Shown one piece after another: positions 11,901 through 26,300 of a stretch of DNA of 64,000 nucleotides. Position 1 is the stretch's first letter. Every line of letters starts with the position of its first letter. A program made the translations under genes and the position numbers. The notes below the pieces were generated by a model. That model searched no databases, was not told the DNA's origin, and saw only the letters and a program-made list of their open reading frames with translations. The DNA lies in NCBI GenBank assembly GCA_964057225.1, contig OZ059898.1, positions 19,964,001-20,028,000 of the forward strand. The letters are read 5' to 3'. The DNA is from Auanema rhodensis. Taxonomy: Eukaryota > Animalia > Nematoda.

Positions 11901-14900
11901 TGTTTTTAGATTTTTTTTTTCAAGGCAAAGACGATGGACAAGGTTATTCAACGAAAAAATTAATTCTTCAGGGTGAAAATCGAGGATATAAGTGTGAACT
12001 TATATCAGTTGATATCTCAGTGCATTTTTCAGCTAGCGCAAATCTGATAACACAGATCGACGCAGCTTAAAAATTCGCATCGAATGCACTATACTACATT
12101 GAGAAACGCTTAATACAAAAATTAGTTATGACCGTTTGAAAAATGATGCATTAGTGTATTTTGAGTTTCCATGTACACTCAACATTGCTTCCAAAAACAT
12201 TTTGACAAAAATTTTTCCGAAAAATTTCAAAATAATTTCGCAAAAAGTAGATGTTTTTAGATTTTTTTTTTCAAGGCAAAGACGATGGACAATGTTATTC
12301 AACGAAAAAATTAATTCTTCAGGGTGAAAATCGAGGATATAAGTGTGAACTTATATCAGTTGATATCTCGGTGCATTTTCAAGGTAGCGCAAATCTAATA
12401 ACACAGATCGACGCAGCTTAAAAATCTGCATCGAATGCACTATACTACATTGAGAAACGCTTAATACAAAAATTAGTTATGATCGTTTGGAAAATGATGC
12501 ATTAGTGTATGTTGAGTTTCCATGTACACTCAACATTGCTTCCAAAAACATTTTGACAAAAAATTTTCCGAAAAATTTCAAAATAATTTTGCAAAAAGTA
12601 GATGTTTTTAGATTTTTTTTTTCAAGGCAAAGACGATGGACAAGGTTATTCAACGAAAACATTAATTCTTCAGGGTGAAAATCGAGGATATAAGTGTGAA
12701 CTTATATCAGTTGATATCTCGGTGCATTTTTAAGCTAGCGCAAATCTGATAACACAGATCGATGCAGCTTAAAAATCCGCATCGAATGCACTATACTACA
12801 TTGAGAAACGCTTGATACAAAAATTAGTTATGATCGTTTGAAAAATGATGCATTAGTGTATTTTGAGTTTCCATGTACACTCAACATTGCTTCCAAAAAC
12901 ATTTTGACAAAAATTTTTCCGAAAAATTTCAAAATAATTTCGCAAAAAGTAGATGTTTTTAGATTTTTTTTTTCAAGGCAAAGACGATGGACAAGGTTAT
13001 TCAACGAAAAAATTAATTCTTCAGGGTGAAAATCGAGGATATAAGTGTGAACTTATATCAGTTTATATCTCGGTGCATTTTCAAGCTAGCGCAAATCTAA
13101 TAACACAGATCGACGCAGCTTAAAAATCCGCATCGAATGCACTATACTACATTAAGAAACGCTTGATACAAAAATTAGTTATGATCGTTTGAAAAATGAT
13201 GCATTAGTGTATTTTGAGTTTCCATGTACACTCAACATTGCTTCCAAAAACATTTTGACAAAATTTTTTTCGAAAAATTTCAAAATAATTTCGCAAACAG
13301 TAGATGTTTTTAGATTTTTTTTTTCAAGGCAAAGACGATGGACGATGTTATTCAACAAAAAAATTAATTCTTCAGGGTGAAAATCGAGGATATAAGTGTG
13401 AACTTATATCAGTTGATATCTCGGTGCATTTTTAAGCTAGCGCAAATCTGATAACACAGATCGACGCAGCTTAAAAATCCGCATCGAATGCACTATACTA
13501 CATTGAGAAACGCTTGATACAAAAATTAGTTACGATCGTTTGAAAATGATGCATTAGTGTATTTTGAGTTTCCATGTACACTCAACATTGCTTCCAAAAC
13601 ATTTTGACAAAAATTTTTCCGAAAAATTTCAAAATAATTTTGCAAAAAGTAGATGTTTTTAGATTTTTTTTTTCAAGGCAAAGACGATGGACAAGGTTAT
13701 TCAACGAAAAAATTAATTCTTCAGGGTGAAAATCGAGGATATAAGTGTGAACTTATATCAGTTGATATCTCGGTGCATTTTTAAGCTAGCGCAAATCTGA
13801 TAACACAGATCGACGCAGCTTAAAAATCCGCATCGAAAGCACTATACTACATTGAGAAACGCTTGATACAAAAATTAGTTATGATCGTTTGAAAAATGAT
13901 GCATTAGTGTATTTTGAGTTTCCATGTACACTCAACATTGCTTCCAAAAACATTTTGACAAAAATTTTTCCGAAAAATTTCAAAATAATTTCGCAAAAAG
14001 TAGATGTTTTTAGATTTTTTTTTTCAAGGCAAAGACGATGGACAAGGTTATTCAACGAAAAAATTGATTCTTCCGGGTGAAAATCGAGGATATAAGTGTG
14101 AACTTATATCAGTTGATATCTCGGTGCATTTTCAAGCTAGCGCAAATCTAATAACACAGATCGACGCAGCTTAAAAATCTGCATCGAATGCACTATACTA
14201 CATTGAGAAACGCTTAATACAAAAATTAGTTATGATCGTTTGGAAAATGATGCATTAGTGTATGTTGAGTTTCCATGTACACTCAACATTGCTTCCAAAA
14301 ACATTTTGACAAAAATTTTTCCGAAAAATTTCAAAATAATTTTGCAAAAAGTAGATGTTTTTAGATTTTTTTTTTCAAGGCAAAGACGATGGACAAGGTT
14401 ATTCAACGAAAAAATTAATTCTTCAGGGTGAAAATCGAGGATATAAGTGTGAACTTATATCAGTTGATATCTCGGTGCATTTTTAAGCTAGCGCAAATCT
14501 GATAACTCAGATCGATGCAGCTTAAAAATCCGCATCGAATGCACTATACTACATTGAGAAACGCTTGATACAAAAATTAGTTATGATCGTTTGAAAAATG
14601 ATGCATTAGTGTATTTTGAGTTTCCATGTACACTCAACATTGCTTCCAAAAACATTTTGACAAAAATTTTTCCGAAAAATTTCAAAATAATTTTGCAAAA
14701 AGTAGATGTTTTTAGATTTTTTTTTTCAAGGCAAAGACGATGGACAAGGTTATTCAACGAAAACATTAATTCTTCAGGGTGAAAATCGAGGATATAAGTG
14801 TGAACTTATATCAGTTGATATCTCGGTGCATTTTCAAGCTAGCGCAAATCTGATAACTCAGATCGATGCAGCTTAAAAATCCGCATCGAATGCACTATAC

Positions 14901-15292
14901 TACATTGAGAAACGCTTGATACAAAAATTAGTTATGATCGTTTGAAAAATGATGCATTAGTGTATTTTGAGTTTCCATGTACACTCAACATTGCTTCCAA
15001 AAACATTTTGACAAAAATTTTTCCGAAAAATTTCAAAATAATTTCGCAAAAAGTAGATGTTTTTAGATTTTTTTTTTCAAGGCAAAGACGATGGACAAGG
15101 TTATTCAACGAAAAAATTGATTCTTCCGGGTGAAAATCGAGGATATAAGTGTGAACTTATATCAGTTGATATCTCAGTGCATTTTTCAGCTAGCGCAAAT
15201 CTGATAACACAGATCGACGCAGCTTAAAAATCCGCATCGAATGCACTATACTACATTGAGAAACGCTTGATACAAAAATTAGTTATGATCGT
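8975..15292. repeat. 18-monomer HOR, copy 1 (6318 bp)
   Basis: The private markers TTCACGGTGA (10211), CAGCTTAACA (11361), AAGGTAGCGC (12381) and CATCGAAAGC (13831) all recur exactly 7371 bp downstream (6318 plus a 1053-bp extra trimer). Confidence 0.9.
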
Positions 15293-16345
15293 TTGAAAAA
15301 TGATGCATTAGTGTATTTTGAGTTTCCATGTACACTCAACATTGCTTCCAAAAACATTTTGACAAAAATTTTTCCGAAAAATTTCAAAATAATTTCGCAA
15401 AAAGTAGATGTTTTTAGATTTTTTTTTTCAAGGCAAAGACGATGGACAAGGTTATTCAACGAAAAAATTAATTCTTCAGGGTGAAAATCGAGGATATAAG
15501 TGTGAACATATATCAGTTGATATCTCGGTGCATTTTTAAGCTAGCGCAAATCTGATAACACAGATCGATGCAGCTTAAAAATCCGCATCGAATGCACTAT
15601 ACTACATTGAGAAACGCTTGATACAAAAATTAGTTATGATCGTTTGAAAAATGATGCATTAGTGTATTTTGAGTTTCCATGTACACTCAACATTGCTTCC
15701 AAAAACATTTTGACAAAAATTTTTCCGAAAAATTTCAAAATAATTTTGCAAAAAGTAGATGTTTTTAGATTTTTTTTTTCAAGGCAAAGACGATGGACAA
15801 GGTTATTCAACGAAAACATTAATTCTTCAGGGTGAAAATCGAGGATATAAGTGTGAACTTATATCAGTTGATATCTCGGTGCATTTTTAAGCTAGCGCAA
15901 ATCTGATAACTCAGATCGATGCAGCTTAAAAATCCGCATCGAATGCACTATACTACATTGAGAAACGCTTGATACAAAAATTAGTTATGATCGTTTGAAA
16001 AATGATGCATTAGTGTATTTTGAGTTTCCATGTACACTCAACATTGCTTCCAAAAACATTTTGACAAAAATTTTTCCGAAAAATTTCAAAATAATTTCGC
16101 AAAAAGTAGATGTTTTTAGATTTTTTTTTTCAAGGCAAAGACGATGGACAAGGTTATTCAACGAAAAAATTGATTCTTCCGGGTGAAAATCGAGGATATA
16201 AGTGTGAACTTATATCAGTTGATATCTCAGTGCATTTTTCAGCTAGCGCAAATCTGATAACACAGATCGACGCAGCTTAAAAATCCGCATCGAATGCACT
16301 ATACTACATTGAGAAACGCTTGATACAAAAATTAGTTATGATCGT
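15293..16345. repeat. Extra 3-monomer block (1053 bp) between the two 18-mer copies
   Basis: Monomers 14591/14942/15293 are repeated as 15644/15995/16346 (markers GAAAACATT, ATTGATTCTTCCGG, GAACATATATC). Confidence 0.85.
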
Positions 16346-19300
16346 TTGAAAAATGATGCATTAGTGTATTTTGAGTTTCCATGTACACTCAACATTGCTT
16401 CCAAAAACATTTTGACAAAAATTTTTCCGAAAAATTTCAAAATAATTTCGCAAAAAGTAGATGTTTTTAGATTTTTTTTTTCAAGGCAAAGACGATGGAC
16501 AAGGTTATTCAACGAAAAAATTAATTCTTCAGGGTGAAAATCGAGGATATAAGTGTGAACATATATCAGTTGATATCTCGGTGCATTTTTAAGCTAGCGC
16601 AAATCTGATAACACAGATCGATGCAGCTTAAAAATCCGCATCGAATGCACTATACTACATTGAGAAACGCTTGATACAAAAATTAGTTATGATCGTTTGA
16701 AAAATGATGCATTAGTGTATTTTGAGTTTCCATGTACACTCAACATTGCTTCCAAAAACATTTTGACAAAAATTTTTCCGAAAAATTTCAAAATAATTTC
16801 GCAAAAAGTAGATGTTTTTAGATTTTTTTTTATCAAGGCAAAGACGATGGACAATGTTATTCAACGAAAAAATTAATTCTTCAGGGTGAAAATCGAGGAT
16901 ATAAGTGTGAACTTATATCAGTTGATATCTCGGTGCATTTTCAAGCTAGCGCAAATCTAATAACACAGATCGACGCAGCTTAAAAATCTGCATCGAATGC
17001 ACTATACTACATTGAGAAACGCTTAATACAAAAATTAGTTATGATCGTTTGGAAAATGATGCATTAGTGTATGTTGAGTTTCCATGTACACTCAACATTG
17101 CTTCCAAAAACATTTTGACAAAAATTTTTCCGAAAAATTTCAAAATAATTTTGCAAAAAGTAGATGTTTTTAGATTTTTTTTTTCAAGGCAAAGACGATG
17201 GACAAGGTTATTCAACGAAAAAATTAATTCTTCAGGGTGAAAATCGAGGATATAAGTGTGAACTTATATCAGTTGATATCTCGGTGCATTTTTAAGCTAG
17301 CGCAAATCTGATAACTCAGATCGATGCAGCTTAAAAATCCGCATCGAATGCACTATACTACATTGAGAAACGCTTGATACAAAAATTAGTTATGATCGTT
17401 TGAAAAATGATGCATTAGTGTATTTTGAGTTTCCATGTACACTCAACATTGCTTCCAAAAACATTTTGACAAAAATTTTTCCGAAAAATTTCAAAATAAT
17501 TTCGCAAAAAGTAGATGTTTTTAGATTTTTTTTTTCAAGGCAAAGACGATGGACAAGGTTATTCAACGAAAAAATTAATTCTTCACGGTGAAAATCGAGG
17601 ATATAAGTGTGAACATATATCAGTTGATATCTCGGTGCATTTTTAAGCTAGCGCAAATCTGATAACACAGATCGATGCAGCTTAAAAATCCGCATCGAAT
17701 GCACTATACTACATTGAGAAACGCTTGATACAAAAATTAGTTATGATCGTTTGAAAAATGATGCATTAGTGTATTTTGAGTTTCCATGTACACTCAACAT
17801 TGCTTCCAAAAACATTTTGACAAAAATTTTTCCGAAAAATTTCAAAATAATTTCGCAAAAAGTAGATGTTTTTAGATTTTTTTTTATCAAGGCAAAGACG
17901 ATGGACAATGTTATTCAACGAAAAAATTAATTCTTCAGGGTGAAAATCGAGGATATAAGTGTGAACTTATATCAGTTGATATCTCGGTGCATTTTCAAGC
18001 TAGCGCAAATCTAATAACACAGATCGACGCAGCTTAAAAATCTGCATCGAATGCACTATACTACATTAAGAAACGCTTAATACAAAAATTAGTTATGATC
18101 GTTTGGAAAATGATGCATTAGTGTATGTTGAGTTTCCATGTACACTCAACATTGCTTCCAAAAACATTTTGACAAAAATTTTTCCGAAAAATTTCAAAAT
18201 AATTTTGCAAAAAGTAGATGTTTTTAGATTTTTTTTTTCAAGGCAAAGACGATGGACAAGGTTATTCAACGAAAAAATTAATTCTTCAGGGTGAAAATCG
18301 AGGATATAAGTGTGAACTTATATCAGTTGATATCTCGGTGCATTTTTAAGCTAGCGCAAATCTGATAACTCAGATCGATGCAGCTTAAAAATCCGCATCG
18401 AATGCACTATACTACATTGAGAAACGCTTGATACAAAAATTAGTTATGATCGTTTGAAAAATGATGCATTAGTGTATTTTGAGTTTCCATGTACACTCAA
18501 CATTGCTTCCAAAAACATTTTGACAAAAATTTTTCCGAAAAATTTCAAAATAATTTCGCAAAAAGTAGATGTTTTTAGATTTTTTTTTTCAAGGCAAAGA
18601 CGATGGACAATGTTATTCAACGAAAAAATTAATTCTTCAGGGTGAAAATCGAGGATATAAGTGTGAACTTATATCAGTTGATATCTCGGTGCATTTTTAA
18701 GCTACCGCAAATCTGATAACACAGATCGACGCAGCTTAACAATCCGCATCGAATGCACTATACTACATTGAGAAACGCTTGATACAAAAATTAGTTATGA
18801 TCGTTTGAAAAATGATGCATTAGTGTATGTTGAGTTTCCATGTACACTCAACATTGCTTCCAAAAACATTTTGACAAAAATTTTTCCGAAAAATTTCAAA
18901 ATAATTTCGCAAAAAGTAGATGTTTTTAGATTTTTTTTTTCAAGGCAAAGACGATGGACAATGTTATTCAACGAAAAAATTAATTCTTCAGGGTGAAAAT
19001 CGAGGATATAAGTGTGAACTTATATCAGTTGATATCTCGGTGCATTTTTAAGCTAGCGCAAATCTGATAACACAGATCGACGCAGCTTAAAAATTCGCAT
19101 CGAGTGCACTATACTACATTGAGAAACGCTTGATACAAAAATTAGTTATGATCGTTTGAAAAATGATGCATTAGTGTATTTTGAGTTTCCATGTACATTC
19201 AACATTGCTTCCAAAAACATTTTGACAAAAATTTTTCCGAAAAATTTCAAAATAATTTCGCAAAAAGTAGATGTTTTTAGATTTTTTTTTTCAAGGCAAA

Positions 19301-20759
19301 GACGATGGACAAGGTTATTCAACGAAAAAATTAATTCTTCAGGGTGAAAATCGAGGATATAAGTGTGAACTTATATCAGTTGATATCTCAGTGCATTTTT
19401 CAGCTAGCGCAAATCTGATAACACAGATCGACGCAGCTTAAAAATTCGCATCGAATGCACTATACTACATTGAGAAACGCTTAATACAAAAATTAGTTAT
19501 GACCGTTTGAAAAATGATGCATTAGTGTATTTTGAGTTTCCATGTACACTCAACATTGCTTCCAAAAACATTTTGACAAAAATTTTTCCGAAAAATTTCA
19601 AAATAATTTCGCAAAAAGTAGATGTTTTTAGATTTTTTTTTTCAAGGCAAAGACGATGGACAATGTTATTCAACGAAAAAATTAATTCTTCAGGGTGAAA
19701 ATCGAGGATATAAGTGTGAACTTATATCAGTTGATATCTCGGTGCATTTTCAAGGTAGCGCAAATCTAATAACACAGATCGACGCAGCTTAAAAATCTGC
19801 ATCGAATGCACTATACTACATTGAGAAACGCTTAATACAAAAATTAGTTATGATCGTTTGGAAAATGATGCATTAGTGTATGTTGAGTTTCCATGTACAC
19901 TCAACATTGCTTCCAAAAACATTTTGACAAAAAATTTTCCGAAAAATTTCAAAATAATTTTGCAAAAAGTAGATGTTTTTAGATTTTTTTTTTCAAGGCA
20001 AAGACGATGGACAAGGTTATTCAACGAAAACATTAATTCTTCAGGGTGAAAATCGAGGATATAAGTGTGAACTTATATCAGTTGATATCTCGGTGCATTT
20101 TTAAGCTAGCGCAAATCTGATAACACAGATCGATGCAGCTTAAAAATCCGCATCGAATGCACTATACTACATTGAGAAACGCTTGATACAAAAATTAGTT
20201 ATGATCGTTTGAAAAATGATGCATTAGTGTATTTTGAGTTTCCATGTACACTCAACATTGCTTCCAAAAACATTTTGACAAAAATTTTTCCGAAAAATTT
20301 CAAAATAATTTCGCAAAAAGTAGATGTTTTTAGATTTTTTTTTTCAAGGCAAAGACGATGGACAAGGTTATTCAACGAAAAAATTAATTCTTCAGGGTGA
20401 AAATCGAGGATATAAGTGTGAACTTATATCAGTTTATATCTCGGTGCATTTTCAAGCTAGCGCAAATCTAATAACACAGATCGACGCAGCTTAAAAATCC
20501 GCATCGAATGCACTATACTACATTAAGAAACGCTTGATACAAAAATTAGTTATGATCGTTTGAAAAATGATGCATTAGTGTATTTTGAGTTTCCATGTAC
20601 ACTCAACATTGCTTCCAAAAACATTTTGACAAAATTTTTTTCGAAAAATTTCAAAATAATTTCGCAAACAGTAGATGTTTTTAGATTTTTTTTTTCAAGG
20701 CAAAGACGATGGACGATGTTATTCAACAAAAAAATTAATTCTTCAGGGTGAAAATCGAG

Positions 20760-20781
20760 GATATAAGTGTGAACTTATATC
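20760..20781. other. 8-bp perfect inverted repeat with 6-nt spacer, in most monomers; representative copy
   Basis: GATATAAG-tgtgaa-CTTATATC, flanked by further complementary CGAG/CTCG and AAAAT/ATTTT. Confidence 0.88.
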
Positions 20782-20798
20782 AGTTGATATCTCGGTGC

Positions 20799-20849
20799 AT
20801 TTTTAAGCTAGCGCAAATCTGATAACACAGATCGACGCAGCTTAAAAAT
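20799..20849. other. 51-bp imperfect inverted repeat, present (with variants) in every monomer; representative copy
   Basis: ATTTTTAAGCT-a-GCG-caa-ATCTG-ataaca-CAGAT-cga-CGC-AGCTTAAAAAT gives 11+3+5 complementary bp. Confidence 0.9.
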
Positions 20850-23366
20850 CCGCATCGAATGCACTATACTACATTGAGAAACGCTTGATACAAAAATTAG
20901 TTACGATCGTTTGAAAATGATGCATTAGTGTATTTTGAGTTTCCATGTACACTCAACATTGCTTCCAAAACATTTTGACAAAAATTTTTCCGAAAAATTT
21001 CAAAATAATTTTGCAAAAAGTAGATGTTTTTAGATTTTTTTTTTCAAGGCAAAGACGATGGACAAGGTTATTCAACGAAAAAATTAATTCTTCAGGGTGA
21101 AAATCGAGGATATAAGTGTGAACTTATATCAGTTGATATCTCGGTGCATTTTTAAGCTAGCGCAAATCTGATAACACAGATCGACGCAGCTTAAAAATCC
21201 GCATCGAAAGCACTATACTACATTGAGAAACGCTTGATACAAAAATTAGTTATGATCGTTTGAAAAATGATGCATTAGTGTATTTTGAGTTTCCATGTAC
21301 ACTCAACATTGCTTCCAAAAACATTTTGACAAAAATTTTTCCGAAAAATTTCAAAATAATTTCGCAAAAAGTAGATGTTTTTAGATTTTTTTTTTCAAGG
21401 CAAAGACGATGGACAAGGTTATTCAACGAAAAAATTGATTCTTCCGGGTGAAAATCGAGGATATAAGTGTGAACTTATATCAGTTGATATCTCGGTGCAT
21501 TTTCAAGCTAGCGCAAATCTAATAACACAGATCGACGCAGCTTAAAAATCTGCATCGAATGCACTATACTACATTGAGAAACGCTTAATACAAAAATTAG
21601 TTATGATCGTTTGGAAAATGATGCATTAGTGTATGTTGAGTTTCCATGTACACTCAACATTGCTTCCAAAAACATTTTGACAAAAATTTTTCCGAAAAAT
21701 TTCAAAATAATTTTGCAAAAAGTAGATGTTTTTAGATTTTTTTTTTCAAGGCAAAGACGATGGACAAGGTTATTCAACGAAAAAATTAATTCTTCAGGGT
21801 GAAAATCGAGGATATAAGTGTGAACTTATATCAGTTGATATCTCGGTGCATTTTTAAGCTAGCGCAAATCTGATAACTCAGATCGATGCAGCTTAAAAAT
21901 CCGCATCGAATGCACTATACTACATTGAGAAACGCTTGATACAAAAATTAGTTATGATCGTTTGAAAAATGATGCATTAGTGTATTTTGAGTTTCCATGT
22001 ACACTCAACATTGCTTCCAAAAACATTTTGACAAAAATTTTTCCGAAAAATTTCAAAATAATTTTGCAAAAAGTAGATGTTTTTAGATTTTTTTTTTCAA
22101 GGCAAAGACGATGGACAAGGTTATTCAACGAAAACATTAATTCTTCAGGGTGAAAATCGAGGATATAAGTGTGAACTTATATCAGTTGATATCTCGGTGC
22201 ATTTTTAAGCTAGCGCAAATCTGATAACTCAGATCGATGCAGCTTAAAAATCCGCATCGAATGCACTATACTACATTGAGAAACGCTTGATACAAAAATT
22301 AGTTATGATCGTTTGAAAAATGATGCATTAGTGTATTTTGAGTTTCCATGTACACTCAACATTGCTTCCAAAAACATTTTGACAAAAATTTTTCCGAAAA
22401 ATTTCAAAATAATTTCGCAAAAAGTAGATGTTTTTAGATTTTTTTTTTCAAGGCAAAGACGATGGACAAGGTTATTCAACGAAAAAATTGATTCTTCCGG
22501 GTGAAAATCGAGGATATAAGTGTGAACTTATATCAGTTGATATCTCAGTGCATTTTTCAGCTAGCGCAAATCTGATAACACAGATCGACGCAGCTTAAAA
22601 ATCCGCATCGAATGCACTATACTACATTGAGAAACGCTTGATACAAAAATTAGTTATGATCGTTTGAAAAATGATGCATTAGTGTATTTTGAGTTTCCAT
22701 GTACACTCAACATTGCTTCCAAAAACATTTTGACAAAAATTTTTCCGAAAAATTTCAAAATAATTTCGCAAAAAGTAGATGTTTTTAGATTTTTTTTTTC
22801 AAGGCAAAGACGATGGACAAGGTTATTCAACGAAAAAATTAATTCTTCAGGGTGAAAATCGAGGATATAAGTGTGAACATATATCAGTTGATATCTCGGT
22901 GCATTTTTAAGCTAGCGCAAATCTGATAACACAGATCGATGCAGCTTAAAAATCCGCATCGAATGCACTATACTACATTGAGAAACGCTTGATACAAAAA
23001 TTAGTTATGATCGTTTGAAAAATGATGCATTAGTGTATTTTGAGTTTCCATGTACACTCAACATTGCTTCCAAAAACATTTTGACAAAAATTTTTCCGAA
23101 AAATTTCAAAATAATTTCGCAAAAAGTAGATGTTTTTAGATTTTTTTTTATCAAGGCAAAGACGATGGACAATGTTATTCAACGAAAAAATTAATTCTTC
23201 AGGGTGAAAATCGAGGATATAAGTGTGAACTTATATCAGTTGATATCTCGGTGCATTTTCAAGCTAGCGCAAATCTGATAACACAGATCGACGCAGCTTA
23301 AAAATCCGCATCGAATGCACCATACTACATTGAGAAACGCTTGATACAAAAATTAGTTATGATCGT

Positions 23367-26300
23367 TTGAAAAATGATGCATTAGTGTATTTTGAGTTTC
23401 CATGTACACTCAACATTGCTTCCAAAAACATTTTGACAAAAATTTTTTCGAAAAATTTCAAAATAATTTCGCAAAAAGTAGATGTTTTTAGATTTCTTTT
23501 TTCAAGGCAAAGACGATGGACAATGTTATTCAACGAAAAAATTAATTCTTCAGGGTGAAAATCGAGGATATAAGTGTGAACTTATATCAGTTGATATCTC
23601 GGTGCATTTTTAAGCTAGCGCAAATCTGATAACACAGATCGACGCAGCTTAAAAATGCGCATCGAATGCACTATACTACATTGAGAAACGCTTGATACAA
23701 AAATTAGTTATGATCGTTTGAAAATGATGCATTAGTGTATTTTGAGTTTCCATGTACACTCAACATTGCTTCCAAAAACATTTTGACAAAAATTTTTCCG
23801 AAAAATTTCAAAATAATTTCGCAAAAAGTAGATGTTTTTAGATTTTTTTTTCAAGGCAAAGACGATGGACAAGGTTATTCAACGAAAAAATTAATTCTTC
23901 AGGGTGAAAATCGAGGATATAAGTGTGAACTTATATCAGTTTATATCTCGGTGCATTTTTAAGCTAGCGCAAATCTAATAACACAGATCGACGCAGCTTA
24001 AAAATCCGCATCGAATGCACTATACTACATTGAGAAACGCTTGATACAAAAATTAGTTATGATCGTTTGAAAAATGATGCATTAGTGTATTTTGAGTTTC
24101 CATGTACACTCAACATTGCTTCCAAAAACATTTTGACAAAATTTTTTTCGAAAAATTTCAAAATAATTTCGCAAACAGTAGATGTTTTTAGATTTTTTTT
24201 TTCAAGGCAAAGACGATGGACGATGTTATTCAACAAAAAAATTAATTCTTCAGGGTGAAAATCGAGGATATAAGTGTGAACTTATATCAGTTGATATCTC
24301 GGTGCATTTTTAAGCTAGCGCAAATCTGATAACACAGATCGACGCAGCTTAAAAATGCGCATCGAATGCACTATACTACATTGAGAAACGCTCGATACAA
24401 AAATTAGTTATGATCGTTTGAAAATGATGCATTAGTGTATTTTGAGTTTCCATGTACACTCAACATTGCTTCCAAAAACATTTTGACAAAAATTTTTCCG
24501 AAAAATTTCAAAATAATTTCGCAAAAAGTAGATGTTTTTAGATTTTTTTTTTCAAGGCAAAGACGATGGACAATGTTATTCAACGAAAAAATTAATTCTT
24601 CAGGGTGAAAATCGAGGATATAAGTGTGAACTTATATCAGTTGATATCTCGGTGCATTTTTAAGCTACCGCAAATCTGATAACACAGATCGACGCAGCTT
24701 AAAAATCCGCATCGAATGCACCATACTACATTGAGAAACGCTTGATACAAAAATTAGTTATGATCGTTTGAAAAATGATGCATTAGTGTATTTTGAGTTT
24801 CCATGTACACTCAACATTGCTTCCAAAAACATTTTGACAAAAATTTTTTCGAAAAATTTCAAAATAATTTCGCAAAAAGTAGATGTTTTTAGATTTCTTT
24901 TTTCAAGGCAAAGACGATGGACAATGTTATTCAACGAAAAAATTAATTCTTCAGGGTGAAAATCGAGGATATAAGTGTGAACTTATATCAGTTGATATCT
25001 CGGTGCATTTTTAAGCTAGCGCAAATCTGATAACACAGATCGACGCAGCTTAAAAATGCGCATCGAATGCACTATACTACATTGAGAAACGCTTGATACA
25101 AAAATTAGTTATGATCGTTTGAAAATGATGCATTAGTGTATTTTGAGTTTCCATGTACACTCAACATTGCTTCCAAAAACATTTTGACAAAAATTTTTCC
25201 GAAAAATTTCAAAATAATTTCGCAAAAAGTAGATGTTTTTAGATTTTTTTTTCAAGGCAAAGACGATGGACAAGGTTATTCAACGAAAAAATTAATTCTT
25301 CAGGGTGAAAATCGAGGATATAAGTGTGAACTTATATCAGTTTATATCTCGGTGCATTTTTAAGCTAGCGCAAATCTAATAACACAGATCGACGCAGCTT
25401 AAAAATCCGCATCGAATGCACTATACTACATTGAGAAACGCTTGATACAAAAATTAGTTATGATCGTTTGAAAAATGATGCATTAGTGTATTTTGAGTTT
25501 CCATGTACACTCAACATTGCTTCCAAAAACATTTTGACAAAATTTTTTTCGAAAAATTTCAAAATAATTTCGCAAACAGTAGATGTTTTTAGATTTTTTT
25601 TTTCAAGGCAAAGACGATGGACGATGTTATTCAACAAAAAAATTAATTCTTCAGGGTGAAAATCGAGGATATAAGTGTGAACTTATATCAGTTGATATCT
25701 CGGTGCATTTTTAAGCTAGCGCAAATCTGATAACACAGATCGACGCAGCTTAAAAATGCGCATCGAATGCACTATACTACATTGAGAAACGCTTGATACA
25801 AAAATTAGTTATGATCGTTTGAAAATGATGCATTAGTGTATTTTGAGTTTCCATGTACACTCAACATTGCTTCCAAAAACATTTTGACAAAAATTTTTCC
25901 GAAAAATTTCAAAATAATTTCGCAAAAAGTAGATGTTTTTAGATTTTTTTTTCAAGGCAAAGACGATGGACAAGGTTATTCAACGAAAAAATTAATTCTT
26001 CAGGGTGAAAATCGAGGATATAAGTGTGAACTTATATCAGTTTATATCTCGGTGCATTTTCAAGCTAGCGCAAATCTAATAACACAGATCGACGCAGCTT
26101 AAAAATCCGCATCGAATGCACTATACTACATTGAGAAACGCTTGATACAAAAATTAGTTATGATCGTTTGAAAAATGATGCATTAGTGTATTTTGAGTTT
26201 CCATGTACACTCAACATTGCTTCCAAAAACATTTTGACAAAATTTTTTTCGAAAAATTTCAAAATAATTTCGCAAACAGTAGATGTTTTTAGATTTTTTT

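Larger units (their letters stand above)
16346..22663. repeat. 18-monomer HOR, copy 2 (6318 bp); a third copy starts at 22664 and breaks off near 23270
   Basis: Markers occur at 17582, 18732, 19752 and 21202. Monomers 22664 and 23015 match 16346 and 16697 at +6318. Confidence 0.9.
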
